The position numbers were made by a program, and so were the translations under genes. 64,000 nt of DNA from the human T2T-CHM13v2.0 reference genome, Homo sapiens. Of the stretch, positions 44,830 to 59,290 are shown in pieces. The notes under the pieces were generated by a model. It made no database searches. It had not been told where the DNA came from and saw only the letters and a program-made list of their open reading frames with translations. The stretch lies in NCBI RefSeq assembly GCF_009914755.1, contig NC_060930.1; one strand, 5' to 3'. Within the stretch, counting starts at the first letter, position 1; every line of letters starts with the position of its first letter.

Positions 44830-45089
44830 TTTCAGTGAATAGCCATGTGCCCAGCTGTTTCTCACATGCACCCTTATAACTGTGGGATAAATCTCTGAAG
44901 GTGAAACTGCTATGTCAAAGTATATATGCATTTATAATTTTAACAGATATTGCCAAATTGAACCCATATATTTTAGACATGCTACCACCAATGCATGAGA
45001 GTACTTGTTTCCCTAAACCCCTCTCTAATAGAGTATATTATCAAACTTTTGGGTCTTTGGCAATCCAATGGGTGAAAAATGACATTTTG

Positions 45090-45399
45090 GGCTGGGTGTG
45101 GTGGCTCACGCCTGTAATCTCACCACTTTGGGAGGCTGAGGCAGGCGAATCCCTGAGGCCATGAGTTCGAGACCTGCCTGGCCAACATGGTGAAACCCTG
45201 TGTTTACTAAAAATACAAAAAAAAAAAAAAAAGCCAGGCATGGTGGTGCACACCTATAATTCCAGCTACTTGGGAGGCTGAGGCATGAGAATCACTTAAT
45301 TGCTTGAACCTGGGAGACAGAGGTTGCAGTGAGCCAAGATAGTGCCATTGCACTCCAGACTGGGCAACAGAGCAAGACTCCATCTCAAAAAAAAAAAAA
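45090..45399 (+). mobile_element. AluS element
   Basis: Full dimer with an expanded central A linker and A tail. Confidence 0.93.
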
Positions 45400-45769
45400 G
45401 GAAGAGAGACAATTATATTTTTTTCCACACAAGCATTTAAAATCTAATTCAAAAATCTATTCTGAACTTACTGAATCCCAAGAATAATTAGGAGAGGAAA
45501 AGAAATAATGTTTAAATAAATTCTATCTGCCTGTTACTATAGAACATGAAGAATGGGTTCTGTGTTCCTCTTATGAATTTCTTTTTAAAACCCTTCAAAG
45601 TAGGTATTTTCATGCCCTTTTAGACATAACATAACGTATAATTCAGAGTTGAATTAATTTTCCCAAAATCACACAGCAAATATATAGACTACAATTAGAA
45701 AGTGGGTAAGTCTCATTCTTAAACATATACTTTTGCATTATAGTCACATGAAACCACTGAGCGTGTTCA

Positions 45770-45812
<43 letters not shown>
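45770..45812. repeat. (TG)n(GA)n microsatellite
   Basis: Directly visible. Confidence 0.93.
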
Positions 45813-46319
45813 AAGCCCAAGAGTGAGAGTTTGTCTTGAGGAGAAGTGTTTAAAAGGAATATATAAATCAAGGATGCACTATAGTATCACCAAAGTAACA
45901 GTGTGAACTTGAACAATTTAACCTCTTAGAGCCACGATTGCTCCATCTATACAATAGAATAATAATAATAAACCTACATTATACAATTTCCGGAGATTAA
46001 ATGAGGATAAAGAGTACTTTTGAAATTCTAAAGTTCCATGAAAATGTTAGCTTTGATTACATATGGTTCAGCAATTGGGTCTCCTTATTTTTTGAGATCT
46101 ACCTTTTTTTTTTGTATTATCTGTAGCTTGCTAAAATAACATACCAGATGTTTTTGTTTTCAAATTTTAAAAATCCAGATCATACTGATTTGTTGCCATG
46201 GTATAGTAGTCAGAGAATCTTGCTCTGGGCAGTTACAATATTTTGGAGATTGTTTTACATAATAGCAACTATAACAGGAACAATGATAACTGCTAACTTG
46301 TTTACATTTACAAAATGTC

Positions 46320-46530
46320 AAATACTATTCTAGATTATTCAATTGAATCATCACAACAACGCTATGAGGTAGTTACTGTTATATTGTTTTGATTTCCCTG
46401 ATGGAGACTTGACACAAAGAGAGACTAAGTAATTCACTCCTGTCACACACAGCTTAAAAGTGGCAGAGCTGAGTGTTTTGCCCCAGGTAGTCCAGTTCTA
46501 GAACTGTACTCTTTTCCACTATGCTATACC
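46320..46530 (-). mobile_element. MIR remnant
   Basis: aatcatcacaacaacgctatgaggtag...gagactaagtaattcactcctgtcacacacagc...gtggcagagctg. Confidence 0.7.
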
Positions 46531-46892
46531 ATCTTCCTAATACTATCTGTACAAGAAATTTTCTCCTAATGAAATGTATTGCTGTACCCTATATAAGCTT
46601 TAGCTCTAAAATTGCAGAGCAGGAAGCAGGTGGATAAAGCTAATTGCTATTCTATTACCCTACAATAGAAATTTCAGTGGACTAACTCTAATATTTAAAT
46701 AACCCACTGTTAATAAACTGGCATGGTGCAATTGCATGTTTCCCAGTGAGATCAGATCTAGTCCAATGTCTCAGCAGATATAGGAATTCCTTTTCTATCA
46801 CCCCAGACAGGTGGATCTCTACTCATGTATCTTCAGAGAAATGGATACCCTACAAAGCAGCACATTCCATTTTCAACAGCTCTAGATATTAT

Positions 46893-47023
46893 TTTATTTA
46901 TTTATTTTAGATGAAGTTCTGCTGTGTTGTCCAAGCTGGTCTCAAACCCCTGGGCTCAAGCAATCCTCCTGCCTCAGCCTCCCAAGTAGCTGGAATTATA
47001 GTTGTGTGCCACTGCATCTAGCT
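46893..47023 (-). mobile_element. FLAM/AluJ-like monomer, antisense
   Basis: (ttta)n tail followed by ctggtctcaaacccctgggctcaagcaatcctcctgcctcagcctcccaagtagctgg. Confidence 0.85.
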
Positions 47024-47047
47024 CCAGATTTTAGAAGTTAATTCTTA

Positions 47048-47583
47048 CACAGGGTTTTCTGGAGGGACAGAACTAATAGGATTGATGTATATATGAAGGG
47101 GAGTTTGTTAGGAGAATTGGCTCACATGATCACAAGATGAAGTCCCACAATAGGCCATCTGCAAGCTGAGTAGCAAGAAAGCCAGTTCGATTCCCAGAAC
47201 CTCAAAATTAGGGAAGCCAGCGGTGCAGCCTTCAGTCTGTGGCCGAAGGCCCGAGAGCCCGTGGCAAATTACTGGTGTAAGTGCAAGGGTCCAAAAGCTG
47301 AAAAACTTGGAATCTGATGTTCAAGGGCAGGAAGCATCCGGCATAGGAGAAAGATGAAGACTAGAAGACTGCGCAATTCTAGACCTTCCACGTTCTCCTG
47401 CCTGCTTTATCCTAGCCACGCTGGCAGCTGATTAAATGGTGCCTACCCAGAATGAGGGTGGTTCTGTCTTTCCCAGCCCTCTGACTCAAATGTTAATCTC
47501 CTTTGGCAACACCCTCACAGACACACTCAGGTACAGTACTTTGCATACTTCAATCAAGTAGACAGTCAATATTAATCACCACA
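47048..47583 (-). mobile_element. ERVL solo LTR (MLT2A/B-like)
   Basis: gggacagaactaatagga...gtcccacaataggccatctgcaagctgag...ctgactcaaatgttaatctcctttggcaacaccctcacagacaca. Confidence 0.85.
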
Positions 47584-47679
47584 TTCTCCAACGCTTTCTC
47601 ATACAGGTTCTATTTCTCCACTATGAACAGTGAGATTTTTTTTCTGGTATACTTGATAGGCCTTCAAATGTTCCAAGAA

Positions 47680-47920
47680 AACAATCATGCTTTTCCTAAG
47701 TCTTCTCTTTTTAAATACTCCCATTACCTTTCCAAACCTTTTGTTCAGCTGTTGGGACCATCAACATCCTGGTCACACCTCTATGGATGAAGTCTAATTT
47801 GTCAACTACTCTCTTAAATGGTGGTGTCATGAATTGATCACAGTGCTCTGGATGTGCTCTGACTAGCTATGACTGCTCCTGGATCGCCGTTTCCTTTAAT
47901 CTATACACTATGTGTCTTCC
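47680..47920 (-). mobile_element. Possible CR1/L3 remnant
   Basis: tttgtcaactactctcttaaatggtggtgtcatgaattgatcacagtgctctggatgtg resembles antisense CR1. Very degraded. Confidence 0.4.
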
Positions 47921-50900
47921 TAATACAGAGAGTATGTTGTTTGCCTATATATCATAACAAATTGAAAATGCATTTATAACTTACAAAGTATATATTACTA
48001 GGTGCTAGAATTTACACTATTATCCTAATATACAGAAGCTGGGAAAAGTAATGCCATAGAGTTGATTTATGTGTGTAAATGTCTAAGTGACTTAAATATT
48101 GATTTTTCTCCTTCAACTGCAGATCAAACTTCCCAAACACTAAAGCTTCCTTATTTTAAAACAAATGCATTTGTGGTTCACCAGTCTGCAGTACAGTAAG
48201 CTTTTTATAGGTAAGCTCAAATCACAGAAAAGCTCAAATAGATACATCTCCTTTAGCCTATTTTTAGGACTGATAAAGCTAAGAACAGAGAAACCAATAA
48301 AGACATATTTTAATGATGGCAGGGTATCTCATGGGGTAGTACAAATTTATCCCAGTTTTTTATGCCTTCTCTATGTGTAATACATTGAAGTGATATATGG
48401 TGTTGAATGTGATTAAAATTCAGCAGATACTTATGCAAGATCTACTATCTATAAGATGCTTATGCAAAATTCCATAGGGAAACATTAAGACGTGAATAAA
48501 ATCTGAATTGGGCCATCACTATGATCTCTCCCCAAAACGTGGGATTTTCAAGTGCATTTAGAATTATGAAATAAACCACTAGGTTTTTAGTGTGAAATGT
48601 TTACAGTATTTTAATTTTGAAAACTATACTTATTAAAACAGTATGACAACATTTATTGAATACATGTTATGTGCTAGGTACCAAGTGAGGAGTTTTATGT
48701 TTATTTTCTCATTTCATCCTAAGAGCAAACTTCGGAGGTAGGTGTGATTCGTCTCATTTTAGTGAAAATTCACTGATGCTCTGAAAGCAAAATTAACTTT
48801 CCCAAGGGCCTTGTAGTGCTTAAAGGCAGAATCAAAATCCACAACCAGCTCTGGAAAATCTCCAGAAATGAGCTTAATTTTTTGTGTGATTTATATATGA
48901 CTCCAATATTAACAGACATGTCAAACAACTAACACAACCCTTTACCTGTTTATTTTGGAAGAAGACACTTAAAATGTATTTTATTACCCTGTTGATTCTC
49001 CTCTGGAGTGTGACTTAGTATCCATTGCACCTTTGGGATTCTTATCTTCTAAAATTCACAACCACTTTCTACTGCTGTAAGAAAGAATCACCTGCAGAGT
49101 TCACGAATGAGGGAAGAGTGAAAAGGGAATAGTGGCAGATCAATACCACTTGGCATCACATCAAAATAGTATTCCAAGGTTGGTGTTCTGGCTTCTGCTT
49201 TTCTGGGAAATACGTTGTCTGCTATTTCAAAATGCCCTCCATCTGAATAATGTAACCTGAAATTCATTCAACTCATATTTAGCACTTTAGGCCATATCCA
49301 GGGTTGTGGAAGGTGTACGTAAGCAATGAGGATTGCCTACAAGGCAAGATGAGAACTCTGTTTTCTATACTTTCTATTGTTCCTCCCTTTGCAACAGAAG
49401 TAGAAAGGGCCATACCATAGCCATCTACTGTCCAACATGATGAATATCCTTAAAGACAAAATCTTTAAGCAGTAAGTGAAAGGTTAACTACAATTCTCAT
49501 TTAAAAAGAAAATTGCATTGCTGATATCTCTTTGTTACATAAATTTTCCACAAGGATTATACATTTTCTTTTTATTCATTTGTTATCTATTTGACAATAG
49601 CAAGCCTGTTTCTCTTTAGCTTAAAGGAACTTGGATTAAAATTTTTTCTGTTATTTTAATCAGCATTGATGTTGTATATTATGAGCGTGTGGCTTTTTGT
49701 TTTCTTGGCAGAGACCTTGAAAAAATTTTGAACCCTAGTCAATAAGAAATCTCTGTATTAATATAAAACTATAACTTATGGTTTATTTGATTAGATCAAT
49801 GTTTAATTATGGATAACATGTATTTTTTGCACTGAATATTTACACACAAATTAATCTAGCCCATAGTAAAAGTGCTAATGGAATGTTTCATCCAAACATA
49901 AGTTAGTAAATGGAAAACAAACAGCTGTTGCAAAGACCCTGTTTTTGGGTCTGGGCCTAACAGCACGAAGCACTTCAGAGAATTTCACCACTACCATTTA
50001 CTCACATCTGTTGAGATTGTACTATTTCAACTCAAGATTTGATCAGTGTATGTCATAAAGTAACAAGTAGTACGCTAAGTCAGAAAACTTAAAGGAAACA
50101 TTAAATACTCATTTCCTATATGGAATGTTGCCTTTCTAAGCACATCATCTTCTTCTATGTGATGTTTTGCAAATCTATTCATAGGAGATTTATATTTTCA
50201 AGTGTGCTCAAATGGATCTGTGTTGGGGAAAGATATGTGAAATAAGAAAATAAAAGCTAATCCATTTGTTTTAAAATTTTGTCTGCCTACCACATTTTGT
50301 TGGACTTCTTGTTATATGAGAACTCCTAATTGTCTGGTTTTCAATTGCAGCCAAAAGCATTCTTACCTGATCAAACTCTTCAAATTCTATTTACTTTGAA
50401 TTATAGCTGAGTACATGGAAAGTATAATTGGGCCTTACTTTGTTACACAGCAGACAAAACATATGCTCAAGATAGGTCAGTGCTATTCCAGTGAATAAAC
50501 ATTTTAACAAAAATTTGTATGAGAAATTCATGTTGGCCTCTCATTCCTCTCTATATGCCTTTCACAGTTACTCTTTTTCCCCTTGCCAATCAAAACACTA
50601 TAATGAATATCTCTTGGCCTTAACGATAAGAAACACTGTATATAAATATTGTCTAGGCTGTATTTTATGAGAATGTGGAGTTATATGAAATGTAGGAAGA
50701 AAAAATATGAGTGAGTAATCCTGTGAGCAGTGGACGGGCTGAGCTTCTAGGACACTGATAAGCAATCAGTGTTAGTTACACTTGAGGCAGTATCTCTGGT
50801 GGTCTGTTCCAGAACTATGTCCTTGACTCTGTCACATTCATACTTTTCATCACTACTTTTTATACTTCTGCAATTTAGGTCACCCAATACACGTTATCTT

Positions 50901-51049
50901 ATCAGGTTAAACTGATTGTAGTGGTCACATTGAAAAAGAAAAAAAAAATCCCAAATTCAGGACTTTTCCCAACCAGTTCTAATTAATGCACGTGTGAAAG
51001 GACATAATTATTGTGAAAAGAAATGCTATCAAAACAGTCTAATGGCTAC

Positions 51050-51200
51050 AAGAAGAAAAAGAAAAGAAGAAGAAGGAGGAGGAAGAGGAGAAGGAGATGA
51101 AGAAGAAAGCTAAGGAGAAGATGGGTAACAGGAAAAAAAGAGGGCAGGAAAAGCAGATAGGAAGGAAAAAAAAGGTGGAAGAGAGAAATGAATGCAGGCA
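51050..51200. repeat. GA-rich low-complexity tract
   Basis: Directly visible. Confidence 0.8.
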
Positions 51201-53119
51201 GGCAGGATGTTTTCCTCGAGGTTTTTTATTTATATCCCCTGGACTGCATAACTCAGTTTATTCCCTTCTAAACCAACTTTTCTAGAATGTGTTGTCTCTG
51301 TTCGACACCTACAACTCTGGTTCATTTTCTATGCATTAAGGATGATGTAACTTTAAAACCTCTCATGTAAATTCTGCCTGTTTTCTAATTCTACAATCCT
51401 CTTGTTTATGTTCTATTCTAATAATTATCGAGCTTTTAAAGAAGAGAAATCTGTTCTTAACTCAAATTTATACATACACTGAAGGAAATAACAAAACCTT
51501 GAAGTAAAACACTGTTTCTATGATAAAAGAGAGCTCTACAAATAGATGCATGAATAAACACTTCTATGGGAGGGATACCTTTTCAGAGTTTAAGGCTCGC
51601 GGGCTTTGGGATCTAAGAAGATGAATCGCTTGCCCTGTTTGTGATCCTAAATGGAAATTGACAGATATGTTTAATTTATCCTGCTCAGTATTATAAAGCC
51701 TTTTTCTCATTTGATTTTTGTGTATCCCTCCTGAAATATTTGCTCTGGTAAGCAAAAGCAAATATTAGGTTTTACACTCCATTTAGTGAAATAACAGTGA
51801 TGATAATCTGACATCAGAGAACCAAATGTTCCAGGCTTATTTCATGAAAAGGATTTCCTCTCCAGAAACATTATCCTCAATAGGTTATCCCATCCTTCAT
51901 TCCTCAATTCATATTTCTTGAGATTGAGAGGGAAAAAAAAAGAGGCCAGACCACAAGTAGCCTACTGCTAAATTCTTTTATGAAGCTTAGTTTTATGAAT
52001 TACCTTTTAGCCTTCTCCAGTCATGTGGGAAAACTTTCCTGCCTCATTAAATCTTTAATGCAATGTGCACCATGCACACTATATTGTTATTTGTGACATT
52101 AGGTTATATATTGCATAGTAACTATAATATTACTTGCAAACAAGCTGGTTTTTCCCCCTGAAGGTAGAATTAAAACAGGTACTCATGGGAAACAGCTACT
52201 TGTGTTCTTCTTTTCTTAATGGGGTGAAGCTGAAGAACAGGAAATTGAATGGCTTAGCCCAGAACCATCTCCAGGAATGGAGGTAAATTTTTTCCTGCAG
52301 TGCCTTCTCAATTTGATATCTGAATCTCCCTGAAGAGAATTTGCCTTAGTAGATATGGAGAAAGAGGGAAAAGGCCAAGCCTTTGGAGACCCTTATGAAA
52401 TGGAATGAACCGCTCTCACTAAATTCACTTTCTCTTTGTATTGAAAAGAGATATAATTTTCATCCCTAGTAAATATAGTCGAATCCATCCAGTAATATAA
52501 GAATTGCCTCAAAGTGAACTAAAATTGCACTTACTCCTACCTGTGGAAAACCATATTTCTCTAGCCAAGAGAACAATGACAGATTAGTTCCTAAATAGCA
52601 GGAGAAAATGAAATGTTCTATTGGCTGAACACACAGTGCTCTGTAAAATCAGAGAAATCAATATTGTCCCCAAAATGAACTAATTTGAAAGTCTCAAAGA
52701 TGTTCAATTTTATGAAAGACTCGTAAAATTAATAAATGAGTCTGCAAAGTCCAAAAATGTGGAAAATTACAGTTATTTGCAGTACGTATAACTTACCAAG
52801 ACCACTTATATTTTGTTAGAATTTTTCAATGAATGTTAATGGATGAATTTTTTTATATAGAGTTCTCCCTGTTTGGAATCTTTTAGTTCCCTTATTTACT
52901 GTGGTTGCCACTGACTCTGCATCAGGCTTTGGAAATATCACTAAAAAACTGTTTTTTCTTTAGTCTTCTTACTAGTCAAATATCAGCTAAACAAACAAAG
53001 AAAATAAGTGTTTGAATGGTCAGAGAACTATAAGAATGAGAATTCTGGCAGGAAAATTCATTTTTAAAAATCCAAGTAACAGAATGGATAAATATAAAAA
53101 GAGGCTAGATCAGACATAC

Positions 53120-53722
53120 CCAGACATTCTCAGTTCAGAATGTTCATAGCGTATTCATAATTTTTTCATAGTGCCTCCTTGACCAACAGAAATAAGCCAC
53201 AGTTCTATTTCTTAAGTAGTTAGTGCCAAACAACTTAATAAATATTCATGTTTTAACAACCTAGCAATTGTTTAAAAAGAAAATGGACAGAAAATAATAA
53301 TTTTTTTCATAAATAACCAGAATCACTTACTGATGGGATGTGGTACCTTTGGGGTAGTATATACCTTCTCAAACTTGAGTATCAGATTGGATAATGCTAT
53401 CCTTATTTCCTTTTCCACATTGACTTTTGTGCAGTTCTTGCTTTTAATTACAGTCTCTTCTGAAAACCTTTCTTAATAAAGATATAAAGTGGCCTAAAGT
53501 ACAAGTAAGCAGAAACATGGCTCAAAATGTTGAGAACATTCTTAAGTGGAATATAGCATGTTCTAAGGTTTCAACTTGTGAACCACCTTGAATTAGTTAT
53601 TGCAGTGCCCAACAGATATTTAGTATTGCTGTGTGTCCTTCAAATGTTTACAATATTCCACTGTGCCTTTGTGAGTTCACTGCAGCACGCTGGGACACCT
53701 CTACACACAGTTTGTGAACACA
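53120..53722. mobile_element. Possible hAT-Charlie DNA transposon remnant
   Basis: Ends in ...cacacagtttgtgaacaca, resembling Charlie-type termini. Family not resolved. Confidence 0.4.
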
Positions 53723-54371
53723 GGGGTAGATAGATCCTAGAGGCATTGAAACTACACGGAAACTTGAATGACGTTAGGGATCCCAGAGCCACTGGGGAAT
53801 CTTCATTAGGGAAGTGCAACAACATATGAAATAGCTCATTAAACTTTCCCTATCAAAAAAACTGAAGTCAGAGAGATGAATTCAGATGCTTGATGAGAAC
53901 CTACTTGGTAATGGATTTGAAGGAGAGAGTAAACGTTAGGATACTGAAGGGATTCTAAGAGAGTGCAGAAGCGAGGGCAAGGAGGCACAAAACGAAGGCG
54001 GCACCTGGAACATGGAGGAGTGGACAGATGGAGAAGAGGCAGAGAATTCTTTATCTAAAGCAAGAGGAAAGGGCAACGTATACTCAGAATATTCTCAAAG
54101 CTTTTTCCCTGAATAATAGCATCCTTCAGAAAAGAAGTCTTGTAACTGACTCATTGCAAAGTCTCTTACACAATGGTATGTACTCTTTGGGGAAGACACA
54201 ACTGGAAACAACACCAGGAAAAGCTTGATTTTACAGCTTATGGAAAGATTGTGGAGTTGAAGGAAAAATAGAAGGAAAGAAATTTTAAAAAGAATAAGTT
54301 AATATTCCTAGGGGTGCATCCTCTAAATTGCAGAGTGATATCTTAAGCAATCCTTTTAAGAATTACTTAAG

Positions 54372-54676
<305 letters not shown>

Positions 54677-55180
54677 TTACTTAAGTAAGTACTTGACTAA
54701 CTGGTTATATAAATGTGATCATAAACGCATACCTTTAGGGTAAATGAAAAAGACATTGATTCTAATATTGTGTAAATGGGTAACTGTGGCTTGGGAAAAA
54801 AACATCTAGTAACAGTATCCTGAAAATTGTTTAAATGGTCCGTGTTTCACACAACTTAAATGGAAGTAAAACAGCTTCGCTCATGACAATTTTCAGGCAA
54901 TTCAAAATACGTTGTAATAATGGCAAACATGAGTATCAGAGATACACAAAAGAGTTTAGAAAAAAATCATTTTATGAAATATGAGCTAAAACAATGTTTT
55001 ACTATTATCGCTATTATTATTAGCCCTCAGCAGAATAGGGTAAATTATTTCTATTCCTTAGTTCATGTTTTATATTATCGCTGACCTGCATGAGGAGCCC
55101 CTATTTTTCTGCGTATTTATTTGTTCCTCTTTTCCCCCTTCCCACCTCTAATTCCTCTCTCATAGTATTTTAGTTTATGT

Positions 55181-55504
55181 CAGGGATCCCCAACTCCCGG
55201 GCTATACAGGTCTGTGGCCTGTTAAGAATTGGGCGGCACAACAGGAGGTAAGCATCAGGCAAGTGAGCATCACTGCCTGAGCTCTACCGCCTGTCAGATC
55301 AGCGGTGGTATTAGATTCTCACAGGAGCAGGAACCTTATTGTGAACTGCGCATGCGAGGGATCTAGGCTGCACGCTCCTTATGAGAATCTAATGCCCGAT
55401 GATCTGATGTGGAACAGTTTTATCCCAAAACCCCTCCTCTGTGTCCATGGAAAAATTGTCTTCCACGAAACCCATGCCTGATGCCAAAAAGGTGGGGAGT
55501 GCTG
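55181..55504 (+). mobile_element. MER1B-like hAT-Charlie DNA transposon
   Basis: CAGGGATCCCCAAC start, gtgaactgcgcatgcgagggatctagg, gaaaaattgtcttccacgaaac, ends ggtggggagtgctg. Confidence 0.88.
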
Positions 55505-57316
55505 CAAGTTTCCATTATATGTGACTTTATTATAAATAGGTATGAAAAACACATTAGCAAATCAAGTATCATAGGTGATCTTTTTCTACTTCATCTATAG
55601 TCGTAACAGCTTTGACATTCAAATTATACACACTTTGACTCTTTTTATTGACAAAATGGAAAATTATCCTTAATTCAAAATGTATTTTATTTGAGCATAT
55701 GTGGTGATTTCATATATTAAGTTGATATTTTTCTTTCCTTTTTAGAGAAGCCATATTCAAGAAAAATAGCATGTAATTCAAATTTTAAATAATCAAAATA
55801 GATTTGAAAGCTCAAAATTTTGGAACATTATAGGCCTATGTCCCAATATTCTTCCCAAACCTCCTTTCAAACGTATTTATTAATTTAGAAAATTCTAAAT
55901 AGTTCAGTCCTTGTTTGAAATATATACAACATAAAACTTTTTTTTCTCCTGCCTTTCTAGAATCCTTTTATTGAGAAAATGTGTAGCTGATCTGAAGAAG
56001 CATGCTGTGTGAAATTTTGAATGTTTATCTTAATAGAACCTAAAATCTTCCACATAGGTTCACCCCTCATTACTCACAATAATGCCAAGTGCTGTAGTCC
56101 AGGCAGATATTTATTATTTTATATGTGAAAAGACATTCGAATAAGGCCATTTCTCAGTGGATTAGGGGAATCAGAGTTTTCTGAATTTAAGTTCCTTATA
56201 GAGCCCCATGTAATGAGCTCTTAGAAGACATTGCAGAGCTGCAATTTAAAATCCTGTTTAATCAGCCGTAGCGAGCTATGTGCCATTCTCTGTGGAACAC
56301 TAAGAGGAATCAGGGTTCTTCCTCCTCCATCCAGTACATTCCCAACCAGGAATTGCTGTCTGGTCAGGGTTGGACGTGAAAGGCCATAGAGAGCCAACCC
56401 TGCGAAGCCAAGTCTCTGCATGTCAGCACAGAGCAAGCAGCAGAATACAGATCATCAGCTTTGTTTTATGAATATCTCTATTTACAGTGCTGGAGTGGAA
56501 TTTTAAAAAAAGGATTGCAGCATTTGCATTGAATCTGTCACTCACAGCTTCAATTTTGATTCCTGTCCTATAAATGATCTTGCTTTCCTATTTTTTTCTG
56601 AATTTCTACAAGGTGACTGTCAATGTCAGAAAATGTAAACCTCAAGTGTACATTGCATGGGGCTTGGCATGTATATTAGAAAGAAAGAAGTTTGCTTAAT
56701 GAAAAGAGGATAATATTTATTCAAACTAAGCCTATTTAATTGCACAGAGGAAAGTATACCTTCTTTGCCTGTTTTGTTTGAATTTTAATATAAAATAAAA
56801 TTTGCTGCTAACCTTTTGTTTTTCTTTGACCAATAACATTTCTCAGCTTAGTGTATGGGCTATGTAAAGTGCCTGTCAAATGGAGGGATGTCTTTGTTGA
56901 AAGAATCCAGACTCACAGAAAGTGAGTGACTTTCTGGTCAGATGGTTAGAACTCTCCCAATTTTGACAAAGATCGTTCTCTGTTTGGGATTTGTAAAGCT
57001 CAAACTGTAGACTAAGATGATGACAGGAGGATCTGCTGTTTGGCTTCATGGAACTTAACCTATTTCAGCAAGCCTGCAATACTGGGGAAAATAATACATA
57101 TATTTATGTTTATGTCAGGCTTGCAGTTGATGGGTAAGGTTCATAAAAGGTTACTCCTAAATAAATGCCTATCATTCCCACTCCGTACTCCAGTGATTTC
57201 TGCGTCTTGCAAATACTGCCCTATAGAACAATAAAATTCGTATACAACAGTAAGTAAAATATGATTTAATAGCCCATCTCCTATCCCGTAATGATTATGC
57301 ATCTTCTGTCTTGTAG

Positions 57317-57418
57317 CTCCCAGCAGTAGGAGGACAGTTGACATTTACCATATCATATGACCTTGAAGAAGAGGAAGAAGATACAGAACGTGTTCTCCAG
57401 CTTATGATTATCTTAGAG
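57317..57418 (+). CDS. LAMA2: LAMA2 coding exon (probably exon 13), 102 nt, LPAVGGQLTFTISYDLEEEEEDTERVLQLMIILE
   Basis: Acceptor cttctgtcttgtag|CTC and donor GAG|gtagag. 34 open codons, phase 0-0, continuing the frame of the previous exon into the L4a domain. Not in the ORF track. Confidence 0.96.
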
Positions 57419-58196
57419 GTAGAGTACTGAGAGCATGTTCACCCGTGTTACTTCCTGATGTTACTTAAGGTTACCAGTACTGTATTTTTTACCTGCCTGG
57501 TTTGACACTGACTTACAGGACTACTAAAAAAAAATATACCTTAGGAGATTTTTGTGCCACTCTTTTGTTTCACTCTGAGACATATCTAGAAGATTGAGTA
57601 TATTTGTTGGGTTTGAATGATAAAGGAGAACTTTAGACCAGACTTGAAATTAAATTTCAAACATAAGGACCATATTTCCAAAATTTAAATATTATGAAAG
57701 TGTTTAGGTACATGCTAATTTACATGGTTGTGTTTTTCCTGTTTTCTCTTGCTTCCAGATAGATTTTATTGTCTACTCCCTTGTTTATATTAGATAAAAT
57801 AAAATGAAACAGGAAACTTGTTTATTTAGCTATAGTTAAATCTTGACTTCAGAATCCTGTTTTAGGTAAGAAAGGTACAGGAGAAACTGCTTTCAAGATT
57901 TGAAGGGCCATAGGCAACTTCAAAATGCTCAAAGCCTGAAGTTTCCTTAGAGGCTCTCTGCCACCCTTTCTTATCATATCCATTCTTTCCAATAATGTAT
58001 CTCCTCCCCTTGACACTGATACGTATTCAGAGGCACACACATACATGCATGTTCATTATTCCAAATGGGTAGATGTTAATTTAGCACCAGGCTCTGTTGT
58101 TTCCTGTCTTGAAACTTTCATGCATGTGAATCTATGACAAAATGAAAAATTCTTTTCTCAAAATGGACATTTTCCAGTATTGGATGAAGTGGTCTG

Positions 58197-58233
58197 CTCT
58201 CTCTCTTTCTGTCTCTCTCTTTCTCTCTCTCTC

Positions 58234-58312
<79 letters not shown>
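58197..58312. repeat. Compound (CT)n(AT)n microsatellite
   Basis: Directly visible in the short intron between the two downstream exons. Confidence 0.95.
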
Positions 58313-58857
58313 GGCAACTAGATGTATACTTTGGAATTCCTTTAAGGTGAAAAGAGTTCTCTAAATGTAAAGTGTTGAGTGAAATTATTTAGCATTCATG
58401 TGAATGAACTAAGACAAGAAGGATTACCTAAGTGTCATAGGTCATTCAATATACTCCTTAGATGCCATTGTCCTATTTTGAGAATTAGACTGCAGTCTTT
58501 TTTGTTGTTTGTTTTTTCCCATGTAGTAAGTTCCTTTAAAATAATAGCTTAATTCAGTTTTAAGTTTCTTTCCCTATTGTTCTACACAACCCACATCCAT
58601 CTACAGTTTGAAATATGTAACTTTCGTGCACTTTTTTCAATTCAAGGTGTTTGTAATCACATATATGTTTATGAGTTGTCAGGTAGCTATTATTTTAGTT
58701 AACAGGGAACTAAGGTCATGCCAAACCAAGAAGCATATGCTTCATAATGCATTTGGCTAAGGCTAATATTGAAATTGCATTGCCTTCCCTTCATGTATAC
58801 CACAAATATATTCCCTGAATGACAGGGAAAGCCAACCTGAAAATAAAAGTCTACTAA

Positions 58858-59179
<322 letters not shown>

Positions 59180-59290
59180 TTAAAGTTAAAAGTCTATTGA
59201 GGGTGGAGGATACAAATATAGATATGTTTGACACTTTTGTACCCTCTTTTCAGTTTTACTCTTTTTTATTTCTTTTTTTTCCCCCTTTAG

